Below, one piece after another: positions 60,500-64,000 of a DNA stretch of 64,000 nucleotides. Numbering within the stretch: the stretch's first letter is position 1; every line of letters starts with the position of its first letter. The translations under genes were made by a program, and so were the position numbers. The DNA comes from Acidimicrobiales bacterium (GTDB lineage Bacteria; Actinomycetota; Acidimicrobiia; Acidimicrobiales; JBBRAZ01): assembly GCA_038206295.1 (NCBI GenBank), contig JBBRAZ010000017.1:1122-65121 (forward strand). The letters run 5' to 3'. A model generated the notes under the pieces. The model was not told the origin of the DNA. It worked only from the letters and a program-made list of their open reading frames with translations, and made no database searches.

Positions 60500-60790
60500 T
60501 CAGCGCCCAGCGGTCAGCTGATCGAGGAGATCGTCCTGCAGCGCCTCGAGCTCTGCGATCGAGCGGAGCACCCGGTCGCGGTGCCGCGCCATCGCATCCG
60601 CGTGACGGCGACTGGTGCGGTGCTCCTGCTCGGCGAGCGCGGTCTCCGAGACCAGGGCCCGCAACCTCGCGTCGTCGGCCTCGTCCTGCATCGGGGCCAG
60701 CTGCTCGTCCACCACCGCGAGCTCGGCGCGCAGGCGCTGGAGGTCGCGAGTCGCGGTCTGCAGCCGCCGCTCGACCCTCGATCGGAGCAT
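60500..60790 (-). CDS. Coiled-coil hypothetical protein (96 aa)
   Basis: ATG 6 nt after TACACT; heptad-rich sequence MLRSRVERRLQTATRDLQRLRAEL... Confidence 0.75.
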   Translation of the reverse strand: MLRSRVERRLQTATRDLQRLRAELAVVDEQLAPMQDEADDARLRALVSETALAEQEHRTSRRHADAMARHRDRVLRSIAELEALQDDLLDQLTAGR

Positions 60791-60821
60791 GAGCGGAGTG
60801 TACGGCCTTCGCCGGGACCTG

Positions 60822-60904
60822 TGCCCGGGGCGGGACTCGAACCCGCACGCCACGAGGGCAAGGGATTTTGAGTCCCCCGCGTCTACCGATTCCGCCACCC
60901 GGGC
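60822..60904 (-). tRNA. tRNA-Leu(CAA), CCA not encoded
   Basis: Acceptor stem GCCCGGG/CCCGGGC, anticodon arm GGGGA-CTCAAAA-TCCCT, variable arm, GTTCGA T-loop. Confidence 0.95.
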
Positions 60905-60958
60905 TGGCTGGCTGTGCCGCGACCGACGGCGTCGATGCGAGAGCGTAGCCTCCACCCC

Positions 60959-61099
60959 ATGGCTCGAACCCCCGCCCGCCGCGTGCGCTCCCTCGCTGCG
61001 CTGGCCCTCTCGCTCGCTGCGATCACCGTGCTGCGCGAAGCGGCGTTCCGCCGCAACGATCGGCGCCATCCCCTCGCGGACGCCGGCCGTGCGCCGTGA
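60959..61099 (+). CDS. Small hypothetical peptide (46 aa) with hydrophobic core
   Basis: ATG 7 nt after TAGCCT; MARTPARRVRSLAALALSLAAITVLREAAFRRND... Confidence 0.5.
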   Translation: MARTPARRVRSLAALALSLAAITVLREAAFRRNDRRHPLADAGRAP

Positions 61100-61171
61100 C
61101 GATGGGCACGTCGTGAAACCACCAGCACCTCGGTTCGGTCCCAGCACCGTGCCGGCCACCCGACGCGCGTC

Positions 61172-62347
61172 GTGATCGCGTTCACCTTCCCGGGACAGGG
61201 CTCCCAGAAGCCGGGCATGGGCGAGCCGTGGCGCGAGCACCCCTCGTGGGAGCTGGTGTCGGAGGCCAGCGCCGCCTCCGGGCGCGACGTCGAGCACCTC
61301 CTCCTGCACGCCGGCGCCGAGGACCTGGTGCAGACCCGCAACAGCCAGCTCGCGACGTTCGTCCTCTCGATGGTCGTGCTCGATGCCGTCGAGCGCCTCG
61401 GCGTCGAGCCCGCCCTCGTGGCTGGCCACAGCCTCGGCGAGTACAGCGCGCTGGTCGCCTCCGGCGCGCTGGCGTTCGAGGACGGTGCCGCTCTCGTGGC
61501 TGCCCGCAGCGATGCCATGCACGATGCCGCTTCGGACCGGCCCGGCACGATGGCCGCGGTGCTCGGGCTCGACGACGACCTCGTCGAGGTGGCGTGCGCC
61601 CGGATCGCCGGTGACGTCTGGGTGGCCAACTACAACGGCCCGGGCCAGGTGGTCATCGCGGGAGCGACGGCGGCGGTGGCTGCGGCCAGCGATGCGGCGC
61701 GCGAGCTCGGCGCGAAGCGCGTGATGCCCGTCGCGGTCTCCGGCGCGTTCCACACCCCGTACGTGGAGGCGGCGCGAGACCCGCTGCGCAAGGCCATCAC
61801 CAACGCGGGGCTGCGCGATGCCACGCTGCCGGTGCTCGCCAACGTCGATGCGCTGCCGCACCAGCGAGCCGTGGAGTGGATCGAGCTCCTCGTGGCGCAG
61901 CTCTGCAGCCCCGTGCGATGGCGCCAGGTGCTCCACCACATGGGAGAGCACGGCATCGCCACCATCGTCGAGCTCGGCGCCGGCAACGTGCTGAGCGGCA
62001 TCGCCAAGCGCACGCTCCCCGGGGTCACGACGGCCAACGTCGCCGAGCCCGACCACCTCGACCGCCTGCTCGAGGTGCTGGCAGGCACGGGAGCTAGCAG
62101 CGTCGCCGCCCTCGATGGGGAGCACCTCTTCGCGACGGAGCGCCTGGTGGTGTCGCCCTCGACGGGCATCTTCCGCCCCGCAGCGCAAGCGACGAGCGGC
62201 GGGCGCGTGGAGGTCGGCGACCTCCTCGGTCACGTCGGCGAGGCGGAGGTCCGCTCGGCGTTCGCCGGCCAGCTCATGGGCACGCTCGCCGAGACCGGCG
62301 AGCGCGTCACGGGCCAGCAGCCGATCGCCTGGCTGCGGTCCGCCTGA
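61172..62347 (+). CDS. fabD: Malonyl-CoA:ACP transacylase with C-terminal biotinyl/lipoyl-like domain
   Basis: FPGQGSQ, GHSLGEY, ANYNGPGQVVIAG and GAFHT; about 75-aa extra tail. Confidence 0.93.
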   Translation: MIAFTFPGQGSQKPGMGEPWREHPSWELVSEASAASGRDVEHLLLHAGAEDLVQTRNSQLATFVLSMVVLDAVERLGVEPALVAGHSLGEYSALVASGALAFEDGAALVAARSDAMHDAASDRPGTMAAVLGLDDDLVEVACARIAGDVWVANYNGPGQVVIAGATAAVAAASDAARELGAKRVMPVAVSGAFHTPYVEAARDPLRKAITNAGLRDATLPVLANVDALPHQRAVEWIELLVAQLCSPVRWRQVLHHMGEHGIATIVELGAGNVLSGIAKRTLPGVTTANVAEPDHLDRLLEVLAGTGASSVAALDGEHLFATERLVVSPSTGIFRPAAQATSGGRVEVGDLLGHVGEAEVRSAFAGQLMGTLAETGERVTGQQPIAWLRSA

Positions 62348-63270
62348 TGGGGGCGATCGTCACCGGGTGGGGCTGCGCCCTCCCCCCGACCGTCGTCACC
62401 AACCAGGAGCTCGCGGGGCACCTCGACACGAGCGACGAGTGGATCGCCGAGCGCACCGGCATCCGGTCGCGCCACATCGGGGGCACGACCGGCGGCCTCG
62501 CCGCCGCCGCCGGCGCCGAGGCGCTGCAGCGCGCTGGCGTTCACGGCGCGGACATCGACCTCCTCCTGCTCGCAACGAGCACCCCCGATGCGGTCATGCC
62601 GCCGACCGCCGTCGACGTCGCCGCCGCGCTGGGGCTGACGTGCGGCGTCGCCGACATCAACGCCGCATGCTCCGGGTACGTGTACGGCCTGGTGCTCGCC
62701 CACGGCATGCTCGCCCTGGGGTCGCAGCGGGTCCTGCTCATCGGTTCCGACACGATGAGCCGCATCACCGACCAGAGCGACCGGTCGACCGCGGTCCTGT
62801 TCGCCGACGGCGCCGGCGCGGTGGTGCTCGAGCGCACCGACGGCGCCGGCGAGCTGATCGCATGGGAGACGGGCACCGATCCCGACGGACGGCACCTGCT
62901 GCGCTGCGCTGCGGGCGGCACCATCGACATGGACGGGCGGGAGGTCTACCGACGAGCGGTGCGCATCGTCGTCGAGAGCTGCACCCGCGTCCTGGCCGAC
63001 GCCGGCGTCGCCTCGGGCGACGTCGCGCTGCTCATCCCGCACCAGGCGAACAGCCGGATCATGCTGGCGGCGGCCGACCGCCTCGGGATCCCGACCGATC
63101 ACGTGGCGATCTCGCTCGACCACACGGGCAACACCAGTGCGGGATCGATCCCGACCACCCTGGTGGAGGCCCTGGCCGCCGACCGCCTCCGCGCTGGCGA
63201 CCACGTCCTGTACATCGGCTTCGGTGCCGGCATGAGCTGGGCCACGGCGTTGACGAGGTGGGGTGGATGA
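62347..63270 (+). CDS. fabH: 3-oxoacyl-ACP synthase III
   Basis: ERTGI, AACSG (Cys), PHQAN (His), GNTS (Asn) and GFGAG. Confidence 0.93.
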   Translation: MGAIVTGWGCALPPTVVTNQELAGHLDTSDEWIAERTGIRSRHIGGTTGGLAAAAGAEALQRAGVHGADIDLLLLATSTPDAVMPPTAVDVAAALGLTCGVADINAACSGYVYGLVLAHGMLALGSQRVLLIGSDTMSRITDQSDRSTAVLFADGAGAVVLERTDGAGELIAWETGTDPDGRHLLRCAAGGTIDMDGREVYRRAVRIVVESCTRVLADAGVASGDVALLIPHQANSRIMLAAADRLGIPTDHVAISLDHTGNTSAGSIPTTLVEALAADRLRAGDHVLYIGFGAGMSWATALTRWGG

Positions 63271-63977
63271 ACCGCTGCGTGCTGATCACCGGAGGGGCGA
63301 AGGGCATCGGCCTGGCGTGTGCCAGGGCGTTCGTCGCCGAGGGCGACCGCGTCGCGGTCACCTGGCGCAGCGAGCCGCCGCCCGACGACCTCGACGCGCT
63401 CGCGCTGCGCTGCGACGTCACCGATCCCGAGCAGCTCGACGCCGCCTTCGCCGCGGTCGAGGAGCAGCTCGGCGCGGTGGAGGTCCTCGTCGTGAACGCC
63501 GGCATGACCCGCGACACCCTCGTCCTGCGGATGAGCGACGACGACTTCACCGACGTGCTCGACACCAACCTCGTCGCCGCGTTCCGCTGCATCCGGCGGG
63601 CGGTGAAGCCGATGATGCGCAGCCGCACCGGGCGCATCGTGCTCATCGGGTCCGTCGTCGGACGCATCGGTCAGGCGGGCCAGGCCAACTACGCGGCGTC
63701 CAAGGCCGGCCTCATCGGCCTCGCCCGCTCGGTGGCGCGCGAGTTCGCCACCCGCAACATCACGGTGAACGTGGTCGCGCCGGGACCGATCGACACCGGC
63801 ATGATCGAGGCGCTGCCCGAGCAGGTGCAGGGCGCGCTGGTCGCCATGGTGCCCATGGGCCGCGTGGGCGACCCCGTCGAGGTGGCGGCCGCAGTGCGGT
63901 TCCTCGCCTCGCCGGAGGCGAGCTACATCACCGGTGCCGTCGTCCCCGTCGATGGCGGCCTGGCGATGGGCGGCTAG
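63267..63977 (+). CDS. fabG: 3-oxoacyl-ACP reductase
   Basis: TGGAKGIG, VNAG, GQANYAASKAG and NVVAPG; ATG overlaps the fabH stop. Confidence 0.93.
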   Translation: MNRCVLITGGAKGIGLACARAFVAEGDRVAVTWRSEPPPDDLDALALRCDVTDPEQLDAAFAAVEEQLGAVEVLVVNAGMTRDTLVLRMSDDDFTDVLDTNLVAAFRCIRRAVKPMMRSRTGRIVLIGSVVGRIGQAGQANYAASKAGLIGLARSVAREFATRNITVNVVAPGPIDTGMIEALPEQVQGALVAMVPMGRVGDPVEVAAAVRFLASPEASYITGAVVPVDGGLAMGG

Positions 63978-64000
63978 ACCGCAGGGTTGACAGGCGCCGA

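Overview
GC-rich actinobacterial chromosome segment, probably class Acidimicrobiia (inferred from gene content and synteny). (1) About 1-13.9 kb is an accessory defence island ending at the 3' end of tRNA-Leu(GAG). It carries an AbiE-type toxin-antitoxin pair, a calcineurin-like phosphoesterase, a SauUSI-like PLD-helicase-DUF3427 protein and a Menshen-like DUF262/ATPase/effector triplet. The triplet's effector is split by an ISL3 element: 24-bp imperfect IRs and an 8-bp target duplication CTCAATGC are visible, and excision restores a 216-aa ORF. The island also holds an A/T-richer, directly abutting gene pair (NDT/TIR-like + helical protein and a divergent class III nucleotide-cyclase-like protein) that I cannot assign to a named system; this is the best novelty candidate. 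(2) About 14-43 kb is a housekeeping backbone (secG, tpiA, pgk, gap, rapZ, uvrC, uvrA, uvrB, nadA, coaE). It is interleaved with a LexA-boxed DUF222-HNH gene and many surface-glycan genes: GT2-methyltransferase fusions, GT-C-like membrane proteins, alkaline-phosphatase-superfamily membrane proteins and dprE2-ubiA-dprE1. (3) About 43-54 kb has a two-component system, a Flp pilin and a Tad operon ending in a GT-C-like gene, suggesting pilus arabinosylation. (4) About 54-64 kb has rpsA, polA, an ANTAR regulator, tRNA-Leu(CAA) and fabD-fabH-fabG; fabD has a lysine-less biotinyl/lipoyl-like tail. All family assignments come from motifs recognised by eye; no database searches were run.
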